Below the pieces are notes generated by a model. That model ran no database searches, was not told the origin of the DNA, and worked only from the letters and a program-made list of their open reading frames with translations. A DNA stretch of 64,000 bases. Source: Candidatus Saccharimonadia bacterium. GTDB lineage: Bacteria; Patescibacteriota; Saccharimonadia; UBA4664. The stretch covers positions 64,299 to 128,298 of the forward strand of contig DATKIP010000076.1 of NCBI GenBank assembly GCA_035544015.1, written 5' to 3'. Made by a program: the position numbers and the translations under genes. Below, piece after piece: positions 28,431 through 37,067 of this stretch; positions within the stretch are counted from its first letter, which is position 1; each line of letters opens with the position of its first letter.

Positions 28431-30194
28431 ATGCGATTGCATCACCCCCGTCGCCCCGGCCGCCGGCCTGGGCCCGTCGCAACGGCCCTTGCGGCCACCG
28501 CGGCTCTCGTCGCGGCCACCGCCCTCGCGCTCGCCGCCGCTCCGGCCACTTCCGCCGGTGCGGCCGCCGCGCAGCCGGCGCTGGCATTCGTGGCTTACCC
28601 TCCGAGCAGCGACCATTCGGCCGCACCCCAGGCGTTTCTGCTGCCCTCGGGTAGCACCACGCCGGTGCAACTCACGAGCGACCCCAGTCAACGGGTCGAG
28701 GGCGTCAGCCTCGCCCGCGACGGCTCATTCGCGGTAGTCGATCTTGTCAGCCCCACGAGCAACCCCCTGGGCGACCTCTATCGCGTCGACGTCGCCACCA
28801 AGAGCCTCACGCGGCTTACCGACCGCCTCGGGCTCGAATCCAACCCCGAGATCGGCCCAGACCAGCGAACCGTCACGTTCCACGAGTCCCAGACCACCAC
28901 GCCGCCTGGTCCCGGCATCGACACGCTCGACCTCGTCACGAGATCCGTGACCCGCGTCAGTCCGCCGGACCTCGACGCCATCAGCGTCCCCGAGGGCGGC
29001 GCCAGTTGGTCCCACGACGGAACCCAGCTGGCCTACGCGGTCAATCTGCGCGCCGGACCCAATGCCGGCGGCTACGCGGCCATCGCGCTGAACCTGGCAA
29101 CCGGCATCTACACCCAGCATGCCGTCAGTACCAGAGCCCTGCAATCCTGCGCCTGGACGCCCGACGATGGGTACCTGTTCTGTGGCGGGATCGCGCCTGG
29201 GCTGCTCGTGATCAATACGCGCACCGAGGCGTTCGTTTCGCTCTCGCTCGACCAGTCGCTGACATACGCCGATCTTCGGTTCGCCAACGACTGGACGCTC
29301 TACGGCACCGTTTCTTCGCCGGGCGGCGAACCGCACATCCGCACCATGCAGGTCACGAACGCTGGAGCCGGGCAGATCACCCTGGGCTCGCCCGGCGGCG
29401 ACTTCTCGCCGAGTCTGGGTGACTCCGGCCCAGTGCAGCCGGCCCCCGCCGGCTTCGACGGGTCCACGCCGCCTACGAGCACACCACCCACAACAAAGCC
29501 TCCGGGCTACCGGTGCGGCACGGTGAAGTTCTTCGGCCTCCGGGGATCCGGGGAGAAGAATTTCGAAGGCGAGGGCATGGGCGCCACGGTCGACGACGTC
29601 AAGGTGCGCATGGCCCGGGCGATCCCCGGTCTGCGCTTCGAGGCGATCGGCTATCCGGCCGTTGCGATCGATCTGAACAACGTAGTTCTCACTACGGCCT
29701 ACGTAGAAAGCGAGTTCGACGGGAGGGAAGCGCTCCTAAAGGTGGTGCGCGATTTCATCGCGTTCTGCCCCACAACCTACGCCGTAATCGCCGGTTACAG
29801 TCAGGGGGCGCAGGCGGCTGGTGACGCATACGAGCTGCTATCCAATTCCGAGCGCAAGCACATCGCCGGCCTCATTCTGCTCGGCGATCCCGACTTCGAT
29901 CCGCGCGACTGGAGGATCGATCGCGGCGACTACAGCGACCGGCTGTCGGGCATCCTGGTGAAATTCGACCAGAATGCTCCGCGCACTATCCCTCGACGCT
30001 GGACGCCGAACGTTGAGAGCTATTGTACGGCCGGCGACCCGGTGTGCAACTACAGCAAGCGCAATGTCAGCATCTGCACGCCAATCACGGCTCGCCTGAC
30101 GTGTCCACACTTCCAGTACGTGAGGAGGAGTTGGACCGCCGATGCCGCTCGATGGGCAAGTAGCAATTGGAGGCACCTACCACCCCTGAGGTAA
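28431..30194 (+). CDS. Secreted protein: TolB-like beta-propeller + Pro/Thr linker + C-terminal cutinase domain
   Basis: Signal peptide; PD40-like repeats (SWSHDG, AWTPDD); cutinase motifs RGSGE, GYSQGA, LLGDP, GDPVC, H..Y. Confidence 0.8.
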   Translation: MRLHHPRRPGRRPGPVATALAATAALVAATALALAAAPATSAGAAAAQPALAFVAYPPSSDHSAAPQAFLLPSGSTTPVQLTSDPSQRVEGVSLARDGSFAVVDLVSPTSNPLGDLYRVDVATKSLTRLTDRLGLESNPEIGPDQRTVTFHESQTTTPPGPGIDTLDLVTRSVTRVSPPDLDAISVPEGGASWSHDGTQLAYAVNLRAGPNAGGYAAIALNLATGIYTQHAVSTRALQSCAWTPDDGYLFCGGIAPGLLVINTRTEAFVSLSLDQSLTYADLRFANDWTLYGTVSSPGGEPHIRTMQVTNAGAGQITLGSPGGDFSPSLGDSGPVQPAPAGFDGSTPPTSTPPTTKPPGYRCGTVKFFGLRGSGEKNFEGEGMGATVDDVKVRMARAIPGLRFEAIGYPAVAIDLNNVVLTTAYVESEFDGREALLKVVRDFIAFCPTTYAVIAGYSQGAQAAGDAYELLSNSERKHIAGLILLGDPDFDPRDWRIDRGDYSDRLSGILVKFDQNAPRTIPRRWTPNVESYCTAGDPVCNYSKRNVSICTPITARLTCPHFQYVRRSWTADAARWASSNWRHLPPLR

Positions 30195-30205
30195 CGGTCT
30201 CCCGC

Positions 30206-30250
30206 GTGCGGGGGGACGAGGCAGCCCGCCCCGTCCCCCCGCACTTTTTA
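30206..30250 (+). terminator. Rho-independent terminator after the cutinase gene
   Basis: GTGCGGGGGGACG...CGTCCCCCCGCAC-TTTTT. Confidence 0.8.
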
Positions 30251-30266
30251 CTTCAATAAAAATGAT

Positions 30267-30530
30267 ATGCTAAAACACATGCACTACTTACCCTATAGCA
30301 GGCCGCTATCACTAATCGTCGGCTTCATTGGCGCCATAACCTTCATCTTCGGACTCTACTATAACGCCTCGAATTTTTTAAACTTTGATGCCTCCCCCTC
30401 TCTTGCAAGCCTTCTGTTGGCCGGTTATGCGCTGCTCGCCATCGCACCCCTATTCGTTAGGGCATACAAAATTACCATTACCTTGCTCACCCTCGCCGCC
30501 ATCACCGGAGTATGGTTGGCAATAGGATAA
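30267..30530 (+). CDS. Small hypothetical membrane protein
   Basis: 87 aa, 3 TM segments. Confidence 0.6.
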   Translation: MLKHMHYLPYSRPLSLIVGFIGAITFIFGLYYNASNFLNFDASPSLASLLLAGYALLAIAPLFVRAYKITITLLTLAAITGVWLAIG

Positions 30531-30581
30531 TAGGCGATTAGTGAAAACCCTAGGCTTTACGCCTGTCCCCCACAAACTTCG

Positions 30582-30719
30582 ATGGCCGGCCGCATCGTCA
30601 TGTTGGCGGGATATGGGCTACTACTCACCATTTCCGCCATCTTTACGAAATGGAAGATCAGCCTAATACTGCTCGCATTGAGTGTTATAGGATTTGGATT
30701 TATTCTCTTAATGCCGTAA
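30582..30719 (+). pseudogene. 45-aa membrane ORF, apparent partial duplicate of the previous gene
   Basis: Translated by hand: MAGRIVMLAGYGLLLTISAIFTKWKISLILL; compare LLLAGYALLAIAPLFVRAYKITITLL. Confidence 0.4.
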
Positions 30720-30732
30720 GTTCGGTAGCGTC

Positions 30733-31146
30733 CTAAGCCCCAGCCGGCCCCGCTGCACTCACCCCGCCCTTGGCCAGCAGCGTCTTCACGCGCTCGGCGA
30801 CCTGCTTGGGGGTCATTTCGGCCTTCACGATGTAGTCGTCGGCCGCCATTTTGTATACTCGCGTGGCCGTCTCGGTGTCGCCCATGTTGGTAAGCACCAC
30901 CACTTTGGCGTTGCGGCCGTTGGGTTGGCTGCGCAGCTTGGAGAGCATGTCGAGGCCGTTCATGTTTGGCATCATCAGGTCCAGCAGCACGATATCAGGC
31001 TCAAATGAATCGATCAGCTCCAGCCCGCTCGCGCCGTCCGGCGCCGTGGCTACATCGTAGCCTTCAGTCTCAAATTTGGTCCGATACATCTGCACAATCG
31101 CCATGTCATCTTCGATGATGGCGACTTTGACTTTTGTAGTACTCAT
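30733..31146 (-). CDS. Single-domain response regulator
   Basis: AIIEDD, PDIVLLDLMMP, DDYIVK. Confidence 0.92.
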   Translation of the reverse strand: MSTTKVKVAIIEDDMAIVQMYRTKFETEGYDVATAPDGASGLELIDSFEPDIVLLDLMMPNMNGLDMLSKLRSQPNGRNAKVVVLTNMGDTETATRVYKMAADDYIVKAEMTPKQVAERVKTLLAKGGVSAAGPAGA

Positions 31147-31198
31147 GGCCTTAGTGTACCGCGTGGGTTATCCGGAACGCAATCCCCGCACAATCCCT

Positions 31199-31591
31199 CT
31201 AGGAAGCCAAAAGCAATTCCGCGAAGTCCTTGGCAGGCTCGTGGACGCAGGTGCAGGCCAAAATCTGATCGCGCGTCAGCCACTGCGCATCATAGCGCTC
31301 CTCTAGCTCGTATTTCGACAGCGCGTCCTCGTCGGCCTCCAAAATCAGCGCCGTCACGCCGGCACCGGTCTCATCGTAGTCGGCCACGTAGCGCGCTTCG
31401 AGCCCTGTATCGCGTAGCACGTACTGAGCGATCACCTCATGCGGCACGTCGTCGTCACTCAGCGGTCCGTTGCTAGGCTGCCATAGCCCCGGCTTCTCGC
31501 GGTAGCACAACAACAGTTTGGTGCGATCCTCATTTACTACGTAACCGGTCACGAGTTTGGTTTGCTTCCTTCGTTGTCCAAATATTCTCAC
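31199..31591 (-). CDS. Degenerate NUDIX-fold protein
   Basis: KLLL...GLWQP..G...VLRDTGL; the Nudix-box glutamates are largely lost. Confidence 0.5.
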   Translation of the reverse strand: MRIFGQRRKQTKLVTGYVVNEDRTKLLLCYREKPGLWQPSNGPLSDDDVPHEVIAQYVLRDTGLEARYVADYDETGAGVTALILEADEDALSKYELEERYDAQWLTRDQILACTCVHEPAKDFAELLLAS

Positions 31592-31731
31592 GTCGCATCA
31601 TCGAACATCCCAGTGGTTGGCTACGATGTATACATCCATTAATACCGTAACTATGCTCAAATGACGAACATTTCTACTGCATCATAGGGGATGGTGCTGC
31701 AGGGCGCAACACAAAAAATAAGAATGGCTTG

Positions 31732-32988
31732 CTAGAGCAAATTCGGGGCTTCGAGTTGCGTAATAGCCAGCAAATATTCCTTGTCGGGAGTTTGACTCAA
31801 GTGCAGTGGGTAGAAATTATTGCGCAACAATTGCCCCGACGCTTCCACCAGCGTCTGCTGCCAAAAGTACCATACCAAAATCGAGTCACCCTTCTCGAAC
31901 CGCACCGTCCGCACGCCGCCATCGAGCCTAAACTCCACCCGCAGCGAGAGCTTGAGGTGTACGCGCGTATAGCGCGCATGTTTTTCGGCGTTAAAGCCCA
32001 CCTCCACGCTGTAGAACGAGTCGTCGATATTGAGCAGGTCAAACACAAACCGGTGAATCGGCGCCAGGGTGGCGTTGCTCGGCGAAGTACTAAAGTCGAA
32101 ATGATGCCGGGTGTGGGTGGAATCGAGCTTGCAGGTGAGCATCAGAATATCGCGCTTGCCCATGCTGTTGGCAATCACGGCCAGCGCGTCATCGGGCGAT
32201 CGCAGATTGCCTAACGTTCCGCCCAGAAACAGCACCAGGTTGACCGTTGAATCTGGCTCAGGGCGGAGGTACTCATCGGCCAGCAACCGGCCAAAGCGTT
32301 CGTGGGTAATATCGAGCTTGTGTCCCTCGAAGGGCACCCGGCCGCCAAACCAGTTGCGGATATTCGCCCCGGCAATCTCCAGCATCTCCGGGCTAATATC
32401 GAGGCCAATGTAGCGCCCCAGCGTGCCGCGGTCGAGCAGATGCTGCAAAAGCTCGCGGACGGGAAGAGCATTCCCTAGGCCAATATCCACCACATTGACG
32501 CGCCGGTAGCCAGCCAGCAGCGTTTCGAGATACTCAAAATTTGTCCTCAGCAGCAGCTGGGTGCGGTTTACAATGTTGGGCGAATCGTTCTCCGATAAGT
32601 GGCTCGAGTACTCGTCCCAGTAGTGTGCCCCGTCGCCAAAATAATTGTAGGCGCGGGGAATCTCTCGGCGCACATCGAGGCCCGAAATAATGTCCTGAAT
32701 TTCGTCTGGACGGAACACTTCGTAAAATTGCGGACTGGGGCTCACGGTGCGGGTAGTACGGGCATTCCGATATTTTTTGCGCTCAGCCGCCAGTTTATTG
32801 AGGGCGCTGATATTGCGCGCCGAGTTTGCGATGTAGGCGCGGCCATTGGCGGTTACCAACTCCAGGTCCAACTTATCGCTCTGAGCAGCCTTAATCCAGT
32901 TGAGCACGGTATTGAGTGCCACATGATACGTGGTCGTCAGCTCAGAGTTTTTGAAATATAACAAAACATTCTCTCCGTCAAGAGACAA
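31732..32988 (-). CDS. EgtD-like (histidine N-alpha-methyltransferase family) SAM methyltransferase with N-terminal HTH-like extension
   Basis: YNYFGDGA..W, VVDIGLGN, YIGLDISPEML, LFLGGTLGN. Confidence 0.75.
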   Translation of the reverse strand: MSLDGENVLLYFKNSELTTTYHVALNTVLNWIKAAQSDKLDLELVTANGRAYIANSARNISALNKLAAERKKYRNARTTRTVSPSPQFYEVFRPDEIQDIISGLDVRREIPRAYNYFGDGAHYWDEYSSHLSENDSPNIVNRTQLLLRTNFEYLETLLAGYRRVNVVDIGLGNALPVRELLQHLLDRGTLGRYIGLDISPEMLEIAGANIRNWFGGRVPFEGHKLDITHERFGRLLADEYLRPEPDSTVNLVLFLGGTLGNLRSPDDALAVIANSMGKRDILMLTCKLDSTHTRHHFDFSTSPSNATLAPIHRFVFDLLNIDDSFYSVEVGFNAEKHARYTRVHLKLSLRVEFRLDGGVRTVRFEKGDSILVWYFWQQTLVEASGQLLRNNFYPLHLSQTPDKEYLLAITQLEAPNLL

Positions 32989-33020
32989 TATTACAAAATG
33001 ATGAATTTTTCAACCGCAAC

Positions 33021-33671
33021 CTATGCCACGGGCTGCTGGTAGATGCGATCCATAATTTCCTGCGCCGTCATCGCGCTGCCGTCAAACGGCTTGCCGACGC
33101 CGAGCTGGAACGTTCGCCACGGGCGGCCGCGCGTCCATTCGATGTGCACCGGAATGATCATCACGTTAGGCTCGTGTGCCAGGGCTTCCACGCCGTGGCG
33201 CGTAGGAGTCTCCCCGCGCCGCGTCCGTCGGCCTTCGGGAAAAATCAGCACCGATTTCCCGCGCCGCAGCAGATTCCGCGCGTAGTCCAGCCCATAGGGA
33301 TGCTTGACATGCGCCTTGGCCGGAAACGATCCCAGCCGCAGCATGGCCCCGCCGTAGAAAGGAATATCAATATAGACGTTGGCCGCGAAATAGTTCAAGG
33401 TACCCAGGTGGCGCCAAATGCGATAGGGTAATTGCGTACAAATAAAAAACGGATCCACCCGGCTCTGATGATTGCACGCCAGCACGTAGCGCGAACCATG
33501 CACCACATCCAGCTCTTGGAGTTCGCTGACGAATGATCGCCGCCACACAAACGAGAACATATGAAACAAAAACAAAATCACGCGCTGATTGAGGTAGATA
33601 ACTCTTTGCGCGTGGGCATGTTCGAGCCAGCTCTTCCGCTTTACAACCGTAACTGTCTGAAACGCATGCAT
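33021..33671 (-). CDS. Lysophospholipid acyltransferase (PlsC/HdtS family)
   Basis: NHQSRVD (HX4D), IFPEGRR, IIPV. Confidence 0.88.
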   Translation of the reverse strand: MHAFQTVTVVKRKSWLEHAHAQRVIYLNQRVILFLFHMFSFVWRRSFVSELQELDVVHGSRYVLACNHQSRVDPFFICTQLPYRIWRHLGTLNYFAANVYIDIPFYGGAMLRLGSFPAKAHVKHPYGLDYARNLLRRGKSVLIFPEGRRTRRGETPTRHGVEALAHEPNVMIIPVHIEWTRGRPWRTFQLGVGKPFDGSAMTAQEIMDRIYQQPVA

Positions 33672-33713
33672 AATGGCTTTACGACCCGATTATGGTAACA
33701 TTAACGCATTATT

Positions 33714-34451
33714 ATGTCAAGATCAAGAGCAACAATTCCAGTCAGTGAGATTCCCATGCCCGGTCATCTCGGCCAGCAGACCGAGGTCATCTATTTTGAG
33801 CATGACGGGATGCGGTTCACCGAGCTCACGTCGCCGCAGCAATTGCATGCGGCCTACGAGCTTCGCTACAGAATCTGCGTCGAGAAGCTGCATTGGGTGG
33901 AAGGGGACCCGGCTACCCGCACCGAATCGGACGAATTCGATGCTCATTCGTATCATTTCGGCTGCTATTCGGGCCAGGAGCTCGTAGGATACCTGCGCCT
34001 TACCAAGGAAACCGCCCCACCCGGCACGATGACGCGCACTTATTTTCCCGAGTTGTGGCATCGTGATCCTCACTATCCCAAAGCCCGTACCGCCGACATC
34101 ACGCGATTACTTCTCGACCGACCGCGTTTGCCAAACCCCAAGTCGATGCTTCCGGCGCTCCGGGGCCTGTATCGCCTGGCGTACGGTAGATCACAGTTGT
34201 GCCGCCCCACCATCCAATATTGGTACTTCATCACCACGCCCAAGCTGCTCGGCGGACTGCGCTGGCGCCTCGGTTTGCCGGTAAAAAAAATCGGCCAAGG
34301 TATAACCTCCGACGGAAAAATGACCTACGTCGCGGGCCTAAGCCTCCGGCGGGGCGGGCTGCAGCTACTGCTACTAGCCCCGTGGCGGCTCAACTACTTT
34401 CGCTCGGTAGCCCGGCATACCCACCCTCTGCCTGGGCCGAGCCGGCACTGA
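33714..34451 (+). CDS. LuxI-family acyl-homoserine lactone synthase-like protein
   Basis: LRYRICVEKLHW, ESDEFD, GYLRL, MTRTYFPEL and DITRL match LuxI motifs LRYQVF..RLEW, ESDEYD, GCWRL, MLKSVFPEL and ELSRF. Confidence 0.8.
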   Translation: MSRSRATIPVSEIPMPGHLGQQTEVIYFEHDGMRFTELTSPQQLHAAYELRYRICVEKLHWVEGDPATRTESDEFDAHSYHFGCYSGQELVGYLRLTKETAPPGTMTRTYFPELWHRDPHYPKARTADITRLLLDRPRLPNPKSMLPALRGLYRLAYGRSQLCRPTIQYWYFITTPKLLGGLRWRLGLPVKKIGQGITSDGKMTYVAGLSLRRGGLQLLLLAPWRLNYFRSVARHTHPLPGPSRH

Positions 34452-34487
34452 TTGGTAATGTAAACGTAAGAATTATAAACTGAGGCT

Positions 34488-36650
34488 ATGATCGATCTGC
34501 CGAGCCTCCTGTTGTTTGTCGCCTCAATCATCAATATCCTGATTGGGCTGAGTATTTTTTTCCGCAATCCCCGGAGCAAATTATTTATTTACTACCTGGG
34601 TCTGGCCGTGGCGCTGGCTATCTGGACATCTACCAACGGTCTGTTTCGGATACTGCCGGCCGAGTCGCTCCTCCCCATCGCGCTCATGAGCTATTTTGGC
34701 GCCATCCTGGTCGGCATGTTTTTTGCGCTCTTCAATGCCGAATTCACCGGCATTCGGCTGCTGCCAAACTGGGCAGTGCTAGCCGCCGGATGCCTCGTGG
34801 CGGTGGGCTCTCTCATACCCGGCGTGTACGCCACGGGCGTAACCGCCAGCCGGTCAATCGTGACCACCGACGGTATCCTCGTGTTTGCCGCCGTCCTGGC
34901 CGTATTGCTCCTGGGTGGGTTGACCGAACTCCTCCGCTATATCTGGCGCGCCCGCGGGCTGGCCCGCCGCCAGGCGCAAATCATGGCCCTGGGCATGGGT
35001 ATCGCCATGGCGATGGGGCTCACCTTCAATTTGGTGCTCCCCCTTTTCCACATCTACGGCTACGTCTACCTGGGGCCCGAATTTACCATGGTGTATCTGG
35101 GAGCGCTCGGTTACGCCATTATTCGCACCCGCCTGTTTGATCTGCGGCTGGTGTTTGCTCGGTCGGCTACGTACTTTTTATTGCTCCTAAGTCTCGGTGC
35201 AGTGTACAGCACGCTCGTTTTCGGCGCGTCAAAAATTGTATTTGTAGATTCCGCTTCCAGCGCCAACGCGAGCTGGCTCTACACGCTGTTTGCCCTTTTG
35301 ACATCCTTTAGCTTTCAGCCGCTCCGCCGCTTTTTCGAAAGAGCCACCAATAATGTGTTTTATCGATACCATTACGACTCCCAAGAGGTCATCAACGACT
35401 TCTCCAAGATCCTAGTGTCGGAGCTCGATCTCGACCGCATCCTCAAGCGTTCGCTCACCGAGCTGTGCGAGAGCCTGCACATTCAATTTGGCCAGCTCAT
35501 TATCTACAACGACGAGCGCGTCTACCGCGTGGAACACTACGGCCAGCTGCCCCGGCGCCTCATGGTGGCGCCGGAGCTGGCGCGGCTAGACAAACCCATG
35601 CTGGTGGCCGACGAGCTGTCCGGCGGCGAGCGCAAGCAGCTCATGGAAAATCACGGCATTCGCCTGTCGATGACGCTGCGCACCCGCGAGCAATTTGTGG
35701 GCCACCTGCTGCTGGGCGACAAGCTGTCCGGCGACATCTATTCCACGCAAGACATCGACCTGCTCGAAATCGTGGGCAAAGAGCTGGCCGTAGCCATTCT
35801 CAACGCCAAGGCCTACGCCCAAATCCAAGAATTCAACCTCACGCTCCAGGCCCGTGTGGAGCACGCCACCAACCGGCTGCGTGTAGCCAACCGCCACCTC
35901 AAGGAGCTCGACCGCGCCAAAGACGAATTCATTTCCATGGCCTCGCACCAGCTGCGCACCCCGCTCACCACCATCAAGGGCTACCTCTCGATGATGCAAG
36001 AAGGCGACGCCGGCAAACTCACCAAGGCCCAGCAAGAATTCGTCGGCTACGCGTTTAGCTCGTCGGAGCGCATGGTCAATCTGATCTCCGACCTCCTCAA
36101 CGTGTCGCGGCTGTCGGCCGGGCGGTTCCTCATTCAAACCAAGCCTACGGACATGGTGCAAATGATCCGCGATGAGGTGCGGCAATTGAACAATCACGCC
36201 ACCACCAAAGGCATCAAGCTTATCTTCGAACCTCCGCCCGAGCCACTGCCCCCGGCCGAGATCGACGACAACAAAACCCGCCAGGTGGTCATGAATTTCA
36301 TCGATAACGCCATCTATTACACCAGCCAGGGCGAGGTCCGCGTGATGCTCGAGCAATCCGGCGACCGGGTGCGGCTGGAGGTGCGCGACACCGGCATCGG
36401 CGTGCCCGAGGCTGCCAAGAAAAAACTGTTCAGCAAATTCTTCCGCGCCGACAACGCCCAAATCGTTCGTCCCGACGGCACTGGCCTGGGTTTGTATTTG
36501 GCAAAACGCGTAGTCGAAGATCAGGGTGGTACAATAATATTCAATAGCGTCGAGGGCAGAGGCTCGACCTTCGGATTCGAGCTCCCCTTTAAACCCGTAA
36601 CACCCATTCGAGAGGTTGCCCACCATGGCCGACACCACCACCCCAAATAA
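34488..36650 (+). CDS. Multi-TM (7TM+2) sensor histidine kinase, LuxN-like, paralog of 13702..15870
   Basis: ~9 TM, YAIIRTRLF, LGDKLSGDIYS, FISMASHQLRTP, NFIDNA, GTGLGL. Confidence 0.9.
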   Translation: MIDLPSLLLFVASIINILIGLSIFFRNPRSKLFIYYLGLAVALAIWTSTNGLFRILPAESLLPIALMSYFGAILVGMFFALFNAEFTGIRLLPNWAVLAAGCLVAVGSLIPGVYATGVTASRSIVTTDGILVFAAVLAVLLLGGLTELLRYIWRARGLARRQAQIMALGMGIAMAMGLTFNLVLPLFHIYGYVYLGPEFTMVYLGALGYAIIRTRLFDLRLVFARSATYFLLLLSLGAVYSTLVFGASKIVFVDSASSANASWLYTLFALLTSFSFQPLRRFFERATNNVFYRYHYDSQEVINDFSKILVSELDLDRILKRSLTELCESLHIQFGQLIIYNDERVYRVEHYGQLPRRLMVAPELARLDKPMLVADELSGGERKQLMENHGIRLSMTLRTREQFVGHLLLGDKLSGDIYSTQDIDLLEIVGKELAVAILNAKAYAQIQEFNLTLQARVEHATNRLRVANRHLKELDRAKDEFISMASHQLRTPLTTIKGYLSMMQEGDAGKLTKAQQEFVGYAFSSSERMVNLISDLLNVSRLSAGRFLIQTKPTDMVQMIRDEVRQLNNHATTKGIKLIFEPPPEPLPPAEIDDNKTRQVVMNFIDNAIYYTSQGEVRVMLEQSGDRVRLEVRDTGIGVPEAAKKKLFSKFFRADNAQIVRPDGTGLGLYLAKRVVEDQGGTIIFNSVEGRGSTFGFELPFKPVTPIREVAHHGRHHHPK

Positions 36651-37050
36651 TGCCGCCGATCAAAAAACTATCCTCATCGCCGAGGACGATCCGTTTATTT
36701 CGCGCATGTACCAGATCAAACTCGAGGGCGCCGGCTACCGCGTAGTCGTCAAAAACAACGGCCGCGACGCCTTCGAGGCCGTCAAAACCGAGCATCCCAA
36801 CCTGGCTGTGCTCGACATTAACATGCCAGAGCTCTCGGGCCTCGAAGTGCTCTCGGCGCTCCAAAATGACAACTTCGATTTTGCCGCCATGCCCGTGATT
36901 GTGCTTACCAACTCGTCCGAGATCACCGACCGCAACACGGCCCACGCCTACGGCGCCGAATATCTGGTGAAGGCCGAGCTCACGCCGCGCGAAGTGCTCG
37001 ACATCATTGGCGCCAAGCTCGGCACCGCTCCGGCCAAAGCCGCCGACTAG
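36625..37050 (+). CDS. Single-domain response regulator
   Basis: ILIAEDD, LAVLDINMP, YLVK; overlaps the kinase end. Confidence 0.9.
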   Translation: MADTTTPNNAADQKTILIAEDDPFISRMYQIKLEGAGYRVVVKNNGRDAFEAVKTEHPNLAVLDINMPELSGLEVLSALQNDNFDFAAMPVIVLTNSSEITDRNTAHAYGAEYLVKAELTPREVLDIIGAKLGTAPAKAAD

Positions 37051-37067
37051 GACACGCCGCTCGCTCG

